Below, piece after piece: positions 8,479 through 18,063 of a stretch of 52,315 nucleotides of DNA. This DNA comes from a virus (Duplodnaviria; Caudoviricetes). Position 1 is the first letter of the stretch, and each line of letters starts with the position of its first letter. The notes beneath the pieces are model-generated. The model worked only from the letters and a program-made list of their open reading frames with translations, was not told where the DNA came from and made no database searches. The translations under genes were made by a program, and so were the position numbers. The stretch covers positions 1 to 52,315 of the IMG/VR virus record IMGVR_UViG_3300038371_000007. One strand, 5' to 3'.

Positions 8479-8895
8479 ATGGATAAACTTGTCTTCGTCT
8501 ACGGCACACTCAAGAGTGGGCATGGGAACCACGTACTTCTGGACAATGCAGAGCTGATTGGCACCTGCATTACGGATGACGACTACCTCCTCACCACAGT
8601 GGGGTTTCCCTACCTAATTCCGGAGGACGCTCTGAGAGCCACGGAGAGGGGCCATACAGCCCCGGTAATTGGTGAGGTATATCGGGTCACTGAAGAGCAA
8701 ACCATGGCCTCACTGGACAGCCTAGAGGGTGTGAGGTACAATCACTACAAGCACCGCACAATTGGGGTGAAATCCTTGGACAAACAGCAGGCATATGAGG
8801 TGACTGCTTACGTTCCATGCGACGCTGAGGACGCAGCAGCCTACCCGCTGTGCCCTCAAAAGGAAATCAACGGGACAACCTGTTACATCTACTGA
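8479..8895 (+). CDS. Gamma-glutamylcyclotransferase (GGCT/AIG2-like)
   Basis: VFVYGTLKSGHGNH, GFPYL, GEVYRV, LDSLEG motifs. Confidence 0.92.
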   Translation: MDKLVFVYGTLKSGHGNHVLLDNAELIGTCITDDDYLLTTVGFPYLIPEDALRATERGHTAPVIGEVYRVTEEQTMASLDSLEGVRYNHYKHRTIGVKSLDKQQAYEVTAYVPCDAEDAAAYPLCPQKEINGTTCYIY

Positions 8896-8902
8896 GGACA
8901 AC

Positions 8903-9328
8903 ATGACTAAGCTTGCAACCATGGGCACATCTTCCTGTGCCACCCTTGCCATCCAAGGTTTCACGGAGGGAGCTATCTTCCCCAACTACCAGAAGAACGA
9001 GGCTTACCTGAACGAGGGTAAGGGTAATGAAGAAAGAATGACAACGACGGTGGGTCGGTTCCTTTCCGATGTTCTGTGGCCTTTTGAGCAAGACCTCGGT
9101 CGTACAGACAACTACGCCTTCGATGAGCTGATGGATAAGTTGGAGCACCACGGGGTGCACAAGAAGTTCATCATCGCCACACTGAATGAGCACCAGACTC
9201 ACTTCAAGGATGGCTACTGGCCCAAGCGTCTTGAGGCACGGGGGTTCTCCCTCATCGACAAGACGAACAACGACGACGGCATGATTTGCTACATCTACAC
9301 ACGTAACGAGGCGAGGGTTGACCTGTGA
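8903..9328 (+). CDS. Hypothetical protein (possible degenerate GNAT-like fold)
   Basis: GAGGA RBS; IATLNEHQ...LEARGF C-terminal pattern. Confidence 0.75.
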   Translation: MTKLATMGTSSCATLAIQGFTEGAIFPNYQKNEAYLNEGKGNEERMTTTVGRFLSDVLWPFEQDLGRTDNYAFDELMDKLEHHGVHKKFIIATLNEHQTHFKDGYWPKRLEARGFSLIDKTNNDDGMICYIYTRNEARVDL

Positions 9329-10107
9329 AGAGCGTGACTGATCGACGGAGAACTCAGCAAAAGCGGGCACAGGCCCACATCAACTGGCTGTTCCAGAAAG
9401 ACAACGGTGAGTGGAGTGTGAACGGCTCCTTGTTTGAGATCTGCTACGCAGGCTTGTTCTTCGAGGACCTGAGGTATGCAGGTGGTGCAGAGCAGATGTT
9501 TGTGTTCTTTGCAGACGAAAGATGGAACGACGACACACGGATGTGGACCGACTGGGTTCTCAATCGCAGCCCATTTGCAGATGCCTTCATCACCAAAGAT
9601 GTGAAGGAAGCAGAAACTCTGGGCGTAGAGATTGATGTTGACGTCAACCTGTTCATGTCCAAGGCAGGCATCTCCACCCTTCGTCACCCCTTTGAGTGGG
9701 GGTACACCTACTGCTGGGCAGACATGCGGAGGCTCGGGTTCAGCGAGGTTGAGTCGTATGCCTTGGCTCAGTGCGTCATGATTAACATGGACAAGACAAA
9801 GCTCAACCGTCCCACTGGCTATCAAGATCACCGGGTCATCACCACAGATCGTCCGTTCTCTCACTACGAAGGCAAGGCTTATAAGCCTGTGAACGAAGAC
9901 CACACCATTCGTGACTACGAAAATGTGGGAGGGCTTCAAAATAGCTGGGGGTCTACTTCGGAAAACTACCGAGACCTCGACTATTTCCTCAACCGCGTTG
10001 ACGAGAAGTATCCATTGGATGGCCGGCGCAAGAGATACTACGTAGAGCAGTGCTCCTTCACAAAAGAAAACGCAGAAAAGATTCTCAAATACCTGAAAGG
10101 TTTGTAA
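9325..10107 (+). CDS. Hypothetical protein in the amidoligase cluster
   Basis: GTGA overlap with the previous gene; 260-aa ORF. Confidence 0.75.
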   Translation: MKSVTDRRRTQQKRAQAHINWLFQKDNGEWSVNGSLFEICYAGLFFEDLRYAGGAEQMFVFFADERWNDDTRMWTDWVLNRSPFADAFITKDVKEAETLGVEIDVDVNLFMSKAGISTLRHPFEWGYTYCWADMRRLGFSEVESYALAQCVMINMDKTKLNRPTGYQDHRVITTDRPFSHYEGKAYKPVNEDHTIRDYENVGGLQNSWGSTSENYRDLDYFLNRVDEKYPLDGRRKRYYVEQCSFTKENAEKILKYLKGL

Positions 10108-10108
10108 T

Positions 10109-11599
10109 ATGTGCGGCATCGTAGGCGCAATTGGTAACATCAACCAGAAAGAACTGAAAGCATTCCGTGACCTCCTCCTGTTCGACGTTGTTCGTGGTCA
10201 GGATTCCACGGGCGTGGTTCATGTCCCCCTTGGCTATGCAGACAAGGAAGTCACAGTGAAGAAAGACGTGGGCCATCCCCTCAATCTGTGGGACCCCATG
10301 TATAACTTCTCTCGTGACGACATCTTCAATGATCGGGGTGTCATCACCAAGCCAGCACGTGCATTGATTGGGCACAACCGAGCAGCAACTCTCGGTGCTG
10401 TCACCATAAACAACGCACACCCGTTCAACTTCGGCAGTGTGTATGGCGTGCACAACGGCAGCCTGTGGTCTACCTATGGCCTCGAAGGAGATCATGACGT
10501 AGACAGCAAGTGCATCTATGAAACCATTGCCAAGCATGGCATTGACGAGACATGGAAAGAGATTCGTGGTGCAGCAGCACTCGTGTGGTGGGATGAAGAC
10601 ACGGAACGTCTGTGCATGATTCGCAACGACGAACGTCCCCTGTTCACCATCACCAATGCCGAAGAGAACTGCATGTTCTTTGCATCCGAAGAGTGGATGT
10701 TGAATGTTGCGCTCTCTCGTAACGGCATTGCTGTGGACAAGAAGGGAAGCAACTCCCTCAAGAGACCAGAGGCCCTCCCCATTCACACACTCCGTGAGTT
10801 CTCCGCAACATCCATCAACTTCAAGATGGAGGAAGATCGTCCGGTAAAAAAGTTTGTGAGTCCGAAGGCGACTGGCTTGACTACCTACGGAAAGGGTGGT
10901 ACAACGCCTGGGTTTAAAACCTCCACACCGCCTCGGACTCCTGAAAATAAGAACGCCCGAATCAATCTCGGTTGGGGCAAGGGCAAGTCCAAGGCAGACA
11001 AGAAGCTGCGAGGCATGGAGGTGTGGCTTCAGTTCAGCATGGCATCCTATGACTCCAAGTCTCAGACTTGGGACTACTGGATTACCTGTCGTTCTGATGA
11101 TGGTAAGTCTCTTAAGGTGTACCCAAACACCTATGCAGAGTGGGAGAAACTGGACAAGCTCATCAAGGACCATCCGGGCAAGAAGGTTTATGCCAAGATC
11201 AATACACGTCCCCGTGTCACCGGCAAGACCCCTGCCTCCCTTGTGTACTTCGCCTCTTCTGACAAGCTGAAGGTGAGTCGCACCATCGCTAGCAAAACTA
11301 TGGGGGCCAGCAAGACACTTCAGGACATCGTTAGCCAGAACAGCAACAACTCTGCTCTGCCTGCGGTGGACGACCAAGTGGTTGTGAATAAGGTGAAGCT
11401 CTACCCTGTGTATGGAGGGGTGAAACTTCCAGAGACTGAATACCACAGGGCACTCAAGGCAGCGGGTAGCTGCTGTGCCAACTGCAACAACACCCTCACC
11501 GTAGAGGACGAGGGACTTGAATGGCTCAACCGGGAGTCGGTTGTGTGTAAAGAATGTGCTGGTGATCCCTTCATCCAGCAGATCAAGGAGAGCATGTAA
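10109..11599 (+). CDS. Class II (Ntn) glutamine amidotransferase with C-terminal Zn-finger-like domain
   Basis: N-terminal MCGIVG, RGQDSTG, GHNRAAT, NAHPF, HNG, DVDS; CANC...CKEC at the C-terminus. Confidence 0.92.
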   Translation: MCGIVGAIGNINQKELKAFRDLLLFDVVRGQDSTGVVHVPLGYADKEVTVKKDVGHPLNLWDPMYNFSRDDIFNDRGVITKPARALIGHNRAATLGAVTINNAHPFNFGSVYGVHNGSLWSTYGLEGDHDVDSKCIYETIAKHGIDETWKEIRGAAALVWWDEDTERLCMIRNDERPLFTITNAEENCMFFASEEWMLNVALSRNGIAVDKKGSNSLKRPEALPIHTLREFSATSINFKMEEDRPVKKFVSPKATGLTTYGKGGTTPGFKTSTPPRTPENKNARINLGWGKGKSKADKKLRGMEVWLQFSMASYDSKSQTWDYWITCRSDDGKSLKVYPNTYAEWEKLDKLIKDHPGKKVYAKINTRPRVTGKTPASLVYFASSDKLKVSRTIASKTMGASKTLQDIVSQNSNNSALPAVDDQVVVNKVKLYPVYGGVKLPETEYHRALKAAGSCCANCNNTLTVEDEGLEWLNRESVVCKECAGDPFIQQIKESM

Positions 11600-12399
11600 T
11601 GAAGATTGGTGAAAACAACTACACCGTAGGGGCAGACCCCGAGGTGTTCATCGGCAAAGACGGTAAGTTCGTCAGTGTCCATGAGATGATTCCGGGTACG
11701 AAGGCACACCCCTTCCCCGTACAGAAGGGCGGCGTTCAGGTAGACGGCATGGCAGCGGAGTTTAACATTGACCCCGCCGAAAGCCTTGAGGAATTTCAGC
11801 AGAACCTCGACACTGTTCAGTCCGCCCTTAAGGAAATGATTGGTGAAGGTCATAACTTTCTTCACACTGCAACCGTAACCTTTGATGAGGACTTCATCAA
11901 GGACGTACCTGCTGAGAACCTCCGCCTCGGATGTGAGCCGGACTTCAATGCTTGGACTGGCTTTGAAAACAACAAGCCCTCCGAAGCCTCGCTGATGCGC
12001 ACCGCTGGTGGGCACGTACACATTGGTGGGTTCGACACCCTCAACGCTCATGACTACGACCACTTCCTTCGCTGTGAACGTCTGGCTCGTATTCTCGACG
12101 AGAGCCTTGGTGTCTACTCCCTTCATTGGGATGATGATGACCAGCGTCGTAGCCTGTATGGGGCAGCTGGTGCATTCCGTCCCAAGATCTATGGCATGGA
12201 GTACCGCACTCTGTCCAACAAGTGGATCTTCAATCGCAGCCTCATCTCGTTTGTCTACCGCTCTGTGCAAGATGCACTGGAGAAGTGGAGCGACGAGAGC
12301 TACGAGCCAGATCCTGTCGTTCAACAAATCATTGACAACTCAGACCGCGATCACGTCTTCTTTGTGGACAACCCGCGTATGAAAGAACTCATGGGGTAA
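11599..12399 (+). CDS. phiEco32-like COOH-NH2 ligase type 2
   Basis: GADPEVF, QVDGMAAEFNI, GCEPDFNAW, RTAGGHVHIG, EYRTLSN. Confidence 0.9.
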   Translation: MKIGENNYTVGADPEVFIGKDGKFVSVHEMIPGTKAHPFPVQKGGVQVDGMAAEFNIDPAESLEEFQQNLDTVQSALKEMIGEGHNFLHTATVTFDEDFIKDVPAENLRLGCEPDFNAWTGFENNKPSEASLMRTAGGHVHIGGFDTLNAHDYDHFLRCERLARILDESLGVYSLHWDDDDQRRSLYGAAGAFRPKIYGMEYRTLSNKWIFNRSLISFVYRSVQDALEKWSDESYEPDPVVQQIIDNSDRDHVFFVDNPRMKELMG

Positions 12400-12401
12400 G
12401 A

Positions 12402-12983
12402 ATGGAACAACTGAATTACGGAGATGACTGGGACTACGCAGGCACACGACTTCGTGACAGTCTTGTACGTCTCGGAGATGGTCGTCCTTTCTACGTACAC
12501 AGCGTAAGGGAGGACGGCACTGTGAGCGGGAGTCTTGCAGGCAGCCCCTTCGATACCACTGCATCCATGGATGACTTGAACCTGAGCCCTGTCCCCTTGG
12601 GGTATGTGAACAAGAAGCGGATTGTGTCCTACACCTCTCGCTCACCCACCCGGCACTACAAGCAGGGACTCACTAGCTACACCCTCGTGGCGAAAGGGTC
12701 TCCGGTAAGCCTCACCTCTCGTGACTTGGCAAAAACCATTATGGGTGTGTACCCTAGCGTTGAGTCTGTCATGGAGGACGTACTCACCGAAGAGAAAAGT
12801 GCTCAGGCATTCTCTCGACACTTCTGTGTCAAGGGACGAACCAATGGGAACCCTCTGCTGATGTACAAGCACAAACCTGTGGGGGTAATCAGTTGGAATT
12901 CTGATGCCTGCCGTGCAAACTTTTCATTGGATGACGACTACAAATATCTGAACGAAGTGTTGGAGGAAGAGACAAGTGTTTAA
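12402..12983 (+). CDS. Hypothetical protein in the amidoligase cluster
   Basis: Operon packing between the two ligases. Confidence 0.75.
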   Translation: MEQLNYGDDWDYAGTRLRDSLVRLGDGRPFYVHSVREDGTVSGSLAGSPFDTTASMDDLNLSPVPLGYVNKKRIVSYTSRSPTRHYKQGLTSYTLVAKGSPVSLTSRDLAKTIMGVYPSVESVMEDVLTEEKSAQAFSRHFCVKGRTNGNPLLMYKHKPVGVISWNSDACRANFSLDDDYKYLNEVLEEETSV

Positions 12984-13800
12984 CAATAAGGTCATTGACT
13001 ACCTTGACCTGAGCCGGAAGCAGGGCAGCTTTGGGGTAGAGATTGAGATGGAGTTGAACAACTTCTTGGACACCCCTGCCGTTGATGAGCTCTATCAAAG
13101 CGGATGGAATGTGTGCAACGACGGGTCTCTTCGTGGCCCCTCCTGTGAGTTGGTCATGAGAACGCCTAAGAGCCTCACTGAGACCCATAACATGGTTAGT
13201 GATGTGTCCCACATCCTTAACCGACATGACCTGCACATCACGCCCTCCATCCGTGCTGGGGTACACATCCACATGAACATGCAGAGGTCCACCATTGGCG
13301 AGATGTTCAAGTTTCTTCTTGCCTACTACCCTCTGGAAACTGTACTGCTCCGTCAGTGTGGCTTCGGTCGTCAAGGTAATCTGTTCTGCCTGCGTGGACG
13401 GGACGCTGAGTATGTGTTCGAGGCGCTGGAGAATGCTGTAGAAGGAGAGAATCTCTACGACCTGAGAACTGACAGCCTTCGATACAGCGCCATGAACATT
13501 CAGTCGCTGTTCAAGTTTGGCTCTGTTGAGTTCCGTGCTCTTGCAACCACACCCTCGTTGGACAACATCACCAAGTGGTGCTCCATCATGCAGAAGCTGA
13601 AGGACTACTCCTCAAAGACAGCCACAAGCTGGGATGTAATTGGTAACATCTCGGGGGACGGGCCAGAGAACTACGTTCGTAACGTGCTGGGGGAAGACCT
13701 CGCATCTGAATTTATCTACGACGGGATGGCGGAGGACATCATGAAAGATGTACGTAATGTCCAGCGACTCGCATTCCTCCTCACAAGCAAAGGACTCTGA
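12976..13800 (+). CDS. Putative amidoligase (glutamine synthetase/GCS-like COOH-NH2 ligase)
   Basis: FGVEIEME, DGSL, ELV, GVHIHMN, RYSAMN, VEFR. Confidence 0.9.
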   Translation: MFNNKVIDYLDLSRKQGSFGVEIEMELNNFLDTPAVDELYQSGWNVCNDGSLRGPSCELVMRTPKSLTETHNMVSDVSHILNRHDLHITPSIRAGVHIHMNMQRSTIGEMFKFLLAYYPLETVLLRQCGFGRQGNLFCLRGRDAEYVFEALENAVEGENLYDLRTDSLRYSAMNIQSLFKFGSVEFRALATTPSLDNITKWCSIMQKLKDYSSKTATSWDVIGNISGDGPENYVRNVLGEDLASEFIYDGMAEDIMKDVRNVQRLAFLLTSKGL

Positions 13801-13801
13801 G

Positions 13802-14764
13802 ATGTTGTACTCGTATAAGCCGGGAAGTAAATCTGCCACTGCCCTCGCCACATCCCTCGGCATCAAGACTATCCGCCACAAGGGGTCTAAGTTCAAAGGC
13901 AGAGAAGACAAACTAATCATTAACTGGGGAGCAAGTGAAGTGCCCGAAGAAGTAAACAAATGCACTGTCGTTAACAACGCAGACAGCGTGAAGCTGGCAT
14001 CCAACAAACTTACATTCTTTCGTACAGTGAAAGACTACGTAAGTGTACCGGATTTCACAACCGACAAAGAAGAAGCCAAGGCTTGGTTCGACGATGGCAT
14101 TGCTGTTGTTGTTCGGGAGAAACTAACTGGCAACTCCGGCGAAGGCATTGTCATTCTGGATGACGACTTGCCGTGGGATCAGTACAACCACAGCAACGCC
14201 AAGATGTACGTGAAGTACGTAAAGAAGAAGGATGAATACCGTATCCACGTGGTGGATGGTGCTGTCATTGACAAGAGACGTAAGGCTTTGCGCAGTGACT
14301 TCCCCAAGTCTCGTGCCGACTTCCGTGTGCGTAACTACGACGGGGGGTTCATCTTTGCTCGTGACGGGTTTGAAGTTCCCACCTGTGTGGAGGAAGAGGC
14401 AGTGAAAGCTGTGCTTGCTTGTGGCTTGGACTTCGGTGCAGTGGATGTTGTGTGGAATAACTTCCATCAGAAAGCCTATGTACTTGAGGTGAACACTGCC
14501 CCTGGACTTGAAGGCTCCACTGTTGATAATTATGCAGCGGCCTTTGATGAAATGTTTAAGGACGAGGGGTACAGAGCACGTATTCGTGCTAAGCAGAAGG
14601 CGTATAAAGACCACAGGAGCGATAATTTGGCCAGCATTCTGGAGAGAATGCGTGAGGCTATGGAGCAGACTCATCCGGCCCAAGAGGTTGCCGAATCTAC
14701 CTCCGTCATGGGAGGTCCCGTACAAAATATCTGGCTCGGTAATGCTTCCTGGAACCCAGAGTAA
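13802..14764 (+). CDS. ATP-grasp peptide ligase (RimK/glutathione synthetase-like)
   Basis: GNSGEGI, EYRIHV, LDFGAVDVV, YVLEVNTAPGLEG. Confidence 0.9.
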   Translation: MLYSYKPGSKSATALATSLGIKTIRHKGSKFKGREDKLIINWGASEVPEEVNKCTVVNNADSVKLASNKLTFFRTVKDYVSVPDFTTDKEEAKAWFDDGIAVVVREKLTGNSGEGIVILDDDLPWDQYNHSNAKMYVKYVKKKDEYRIHVVDGAVIDKRRKALRSDFPKSRADFRVRNYDGGFIFARDGFEVPTCVEEEAVKAVLACGLDFGAVDVVWNNFHQKAYVLEVNTAPGLEGSTVDNYAAAFDEMFKDEGYRARIRAKQKAYKDHRSDNLASILERMREAMEQTHPAQEVAESTSVMGGPVQNIWLGNASWNPE

Positions 14765-14784
14765 ACTCTATAAATAAATTTTGT

Positions 14785-14821
14785 CTCACCCCTTGACAAC
14801 TGAGGGGTGAGCACCTATATA
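14785..14821 (+). promoter_or_regulatory. Sigma70-type promoter for the replication module, with an inverted repeat around the -35 box
   Basis: TTGACA(14793-14798)-17 nt-TATATA; CTCACCCCT...AGGGGTGAG inverted repeat. Confidence 0.65.
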
Positions 14822-14832
14822 GGAGATAAGAC

Positions 14833-15183
14833 ATGTTTAAAGAAGGACAAAAGGTCTACCACAGGAATGGGTGGACAGAGGTTGTAGTTCTTGACAAGTG
14901 GCGGGACTACTACGTTGTGGAAAGAACTGACGGGGTAGGGCAACCTTTCCTGAGAAAGGGGGAACACCTTTCAGAAACCGCACCCAGAGTTATGGGAGTT
15001 AAGTTTAACGACCGTGGATCTATCTACCACTACTACATTAACGAGGAGGTTGATGTAGAAGAGGGAGACTGCGTGTACAACACAGAGAGAAACTCCATGT
15101 GCAAAGTGTACTCTGTGGGCAGAGGTGGCAACAACAGAGCTACTAAGAAGTTCAAAGGCTTTAAGATGAGAGATGAGTTTTAA
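14833..15183 (+). CDS. Hypothetical protein
   Basis: AGGAG RBS. Confidence 0.75.
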   Translation: MFKEGQKVYHRNGWTEVVVLDKWRDYYVVERTDGVGQPFLRKGEHLSETAPRVMGVKFNDRGSIYHYYINEEVDVEEGDCVYNTERNSMCKVYSVGRGGNNRATKKFKGFKMRDEF

Positions 15184-15194
15184 AGGAGATTTAT

Positions 15195-16904
15195 ATGGGG
15201 GTTGTCATCGACAAGCTCCCGCATTCATGCGGAACAACTAGAGGACTAAATGTATTCGCGGACGAAGAAACAGGGAAGGTGAATGGCTGGTGCTTCTCAT
15301 GCAACAAGTTCATCGCCAACCCCTACGGAACAGAGAAAACAATTGAAGACGTTGATTTGCCAGAGCCCAAGTCTCCTGAGCAAATTGAGTCGGAGCTTCA
15401 AGAGGTGCACTCTCTTCCAACAGCAGACGTCCGTCAAAGAAAACTTCGTGCCGAGTACCTAGAACGGTTTGGCATTAAGACTTCCTACTCTGAAGAAGAC
15501 GGGAAGACTTTGGACAAGATGTACTTCCCTATGTACGTCAAGGGTAAACTCTCTGGCTACTATGTCAAGACACTCACTGAGCCCAAGTTCACTTGGTCCC
15601 TCGGGGAGGTCAAGGGTGCAGAACCTTTCGGTTGGCAGAGAGCGAAGAGGACAGGGGCATACAGGCTAATCATCACAGAGGGTATGGAGGATGCCGTCGC
15701 GGTTGAGTCCATCATGGACCGACATGGTGATGAGAAGTACATGCCCGCTGTCATCTCTTTGCCGAACGGGGCAGGTTCCGTTGACAAGAGCCTGTCCCAA
15801 ATTGCAAGGGATGCAGAAACCCTGTTCAAAGAAATCGTCCTGTGTTTTGATGACGACGATGCTGGAAGACGTGCGGTGTCCAAAGCCATGCAATACTTCC
15901 CCCATGCGTTGTCCGTTACACTGCCTGAGAAGGACGCAAACGACTGTCTCATCAGAGGCTCTCAGAAGGCCGCCTACAAGGCTCTTTCATATAAGGCTAC
16001 CACCCCTAAGAACAGTCGCATTGTGGCCGCTGACGAGGCTCTCCATGCCTCTGCGAGGGAACCCACTCCCTATGGTCAGTTGACTTGGCCTTACGAGAAG
16101 TTAAACCAGCTACTCAGAGGGGTGAGATATGGGGAAACCATCTACCTTGGGGCGGGCGTCAAAATGGGCAAGAGTGAAATCTTGAATGACATTGCTGCCC
16201 ACTTCGTTAAGGAGCATGGCATCAAGGTGTTCATGGCTAAGCCAGAGGAGCAGAACTCTAAGACTTACAAGCTGATGTGTAACAAGATTGCAGGTCGAGT
16301 GTTTCATGACCCAGACGTTCCGTTTGATTATGAGGCATATGACGAAGCAGGCAAAGTTCTTCAGGGTAATCTGTTCATGGTGGATCTGTACCAAGAGATG
16401 AGCTGGGATCACTTGAGGGCTGACATTGTTTCGGCAGCAGGGATGGGATGTAAGGCAATCTTCATTGACCCCATCACTAACCTGACGAACGGGATGAACT
16501 CAGCAGATGCTAACACTAAGCTGCAAGAGATTGCACAAGGCTTGTCCTCGTTGGCTGCTGATCTTCAGGTTGTCATCTTTATCTTCTGTCACCTTAAAGC
16601 GCCTGAAGGCAGCATGACTAAGGATGCACGAGAGAAGAAGTATGGCAAGGGAGAGTACATCCGTCTTGGCAATTGCCCTCATGAGTTCGGGGGTTCTGTA
16701 CAGAGTACACAGTTTGCAGGGTCTAGGGCTATGATGAGAAGTTGTAACCTCATGATTGGCATTGAAGGTAACAAAGACCCTGAACTTCCTGAGGATGTGA
16801 GGAACATCAGATGCCTCACCATCCTAGAAGATAGGGAGTTCGGTAACTCTGACAGCGTTCAGATCTACTGGAACAGAAACACTACACTATTTAGAGAGGT
16901 TTAA
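15195..16904 (+). CDS. DNA primase/helicase (T7 gp4-like)
   Basis: N-terminal Zn ligands (HSC, CFSC), TOPRIM ITEGMEDA and FDDDDAG, Walker A GAGVKMGKS, IFIDPIT, FCHL. Confidence 0.95.
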   Translation: MGVVIDKLPHSCGTTRGLNVFADEETGKVNGWCFSCNKFIANPYGTEKTIEDVDLPEPKSPEQIESELQEVHSLPTADVRQRKLRAEYLERFGIKTSYSEEDGKTLDKMYFPMYVKGKLSGYYVKTLTEPKFTWSLGEVKGAEPFGWQRAKRTGAYRLIITEGMEDAVAVESIMDRHGDEKYMPAVISLPNGAGSVDKSLSQIARDAETLFKEIVLCFDDDDAGRRAVSKAMQYFPHALSVTLPEKDANDCLIRGSQKAAYKALSYKATTPKNSRIVAADEALHASAREPTPYGQLTWPYEKLNQLLRGVRYGETIYLGAGVKMGKSEILNDIAAHFVKEHGIKVFMAKPEEQNSKTYKLMCNKIAGRVFHDPDVPFDYEAYDEAGKVLQGNLFMVDLYQEMSWDHLRADIVSAAGMGCKAIFIDPITNLTNGMNSADANTKLQEIAQGLSSLAADLQVVIFIFCHLKAPEGSMTKDAREKKYGKGEYIRLGNCPHEFGGSVQSTQFAGSRAMMRSCNLMIGIEGNKDPELPEDVRNIRCLTILEDREFGNSDSVQIYWNRNTTLFREV

Positions 16905-16905
16905 T

Positions 16906-17106
16906 ATGGACAAGAAAGATTTGTTCCTTCAAGACTTGAGCGACTTGCTGATGAAGTACAACGCAAGCATTGAGTTTGGTTGCTCCGACTGCTCGGACAC
17001 TCACGGGTTGTACAATGAGCGCATAGAGGTGTGGGTTGATGGGAGAGAGGTGGCCCGTTCCATCGGCTGGTCACTAGAAGCCGGGGACTTGGATGCACGA
17101 GATTGA
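16906..17106 (+). CDS. Hypothetical protein
   Basis: GAGG RBS, operon packing. Confidence 0.65.
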   Translation: MDKKDLFLQDLSDLLMKYNASIEFGCSDCSDTHGLYNERIEVWVDGREVARSIGWSLEAGDLDARD

Positions 17107-17569
17107 GGAGTTCTACAGAGAGATACGAGATCACAAGATTAGTCTTATGAGACGTATCCTCAAAGGGGACCACGGGGCAGCGGAGGACGTAGTGCACACA
17201 GCCTTCGAAAGGGCTTGGCACTTCTACCCTTCGTATGACTCCAATCGTGGTACACTTCACACGTGGTTCAATAGCATTCTGTTTAGTTCACTACGTGACT
17301 ATCAGAGAGAGATGAGGGGAGACTGTCTCCGTAACTCAAAGGAGTTGTCCCCTGAGGACATAATCATTTCCCCCACCATCTCCCCTGCCCTCCTTCGTCG
17401 AGGCATTCTAAGAACAGAGAATCAAAAGCACAGACGCATACTTGAACTGTTCTTTATGCTGGGGTATAACTCTAGCCAGATTGCCTCCATCGAAGAGGGA
17501 GTGACGAGAACAAATGTAACCACAGTCGTTAACAGATTTAAGAAGGAACTAGAGAAAGGTGTAGGGTAA
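17093..17569 (+). CDS. ECF-like RNA polymerase sigma factor
   Basis: Region 2 pattern AEDVVHTAFERAW...TWFNSILFSSLRDYQR; region 4 HTH GYNSSQIA...VTTVVNRF. Confidence 0.8.
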   Translation: MHEIEEFYREIRDHKISLMRRILKGDHGAAEDVVHTAFERAWHFYPSYDSNRGTLHTWFNSILFSSLRDYQREMRGDCLRNSKELSPEDIIISPTISPALLRRGILRTENQKHRRILELFFMLGYNSSQIASIEEGVTRTNVTTVVNRFKKELEKGVG

Positions 17570-18063
17570 TGAAACGAATCATAGCCACACTATCACTTGC
17601 CCTGTTGTCCGCTTGTTCTATGGCAGACAGGGCGGAAGATGTGATAGGCAGACGAGTAGACGACGGAGTGTTTGTCGTTACGAATGAGTTCGCAACAGGG
17701 GGTAACGTGGCACAACATGCACACTTTGCCGAGTACCTGATGCGCAACAACATCAAGACAGAAGTGAGGACAAGGTTGTGTCGTTCGTCCTGCACATACT
17801 TCCTGATGCCTCAGGATGTATGCACTGACCCACGTACAATTTATGAAATGCACTCTATCCGTCACATCGCTGCCACTATTGTTTGGGCTCCCATAGCTTG
17901 GGAGCGAGGCAACAGAGTTGTGGCTGATGATTTGAACAACCGTTGGCCCGGACTTGGGGATGACTTCCTTAAGTACGCTGCTAACAAACATGGAAACAAT
18001 GTGTGGAAAAGAACTGGCGTTCAGATGCACAACAACTATGGAGTACCTTTGTGTGATGACTGA
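17569..18063 (+). CDS. Predicted lipoprotein, possibly ClpP/crotonase-like
   Basis: Lipobox LSAC; GGNV...CRSSCT...HS motif order. Confidence 0.6.
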   Translation: MKRIIATLSLALLSACSMADRAEDVIGRRVDDGVFVVTNEFATGGNVAQHAHFAEYLMRNNIKTEVRTRLCRSSCTYFLMPQDVCTDPRTIYEMHSIRHIAATIVWAPIAWERGNRVVADDLNNRWPGLGDDFLKYAANKHGNNVWKRTGVQMHNNYGVPLCDD

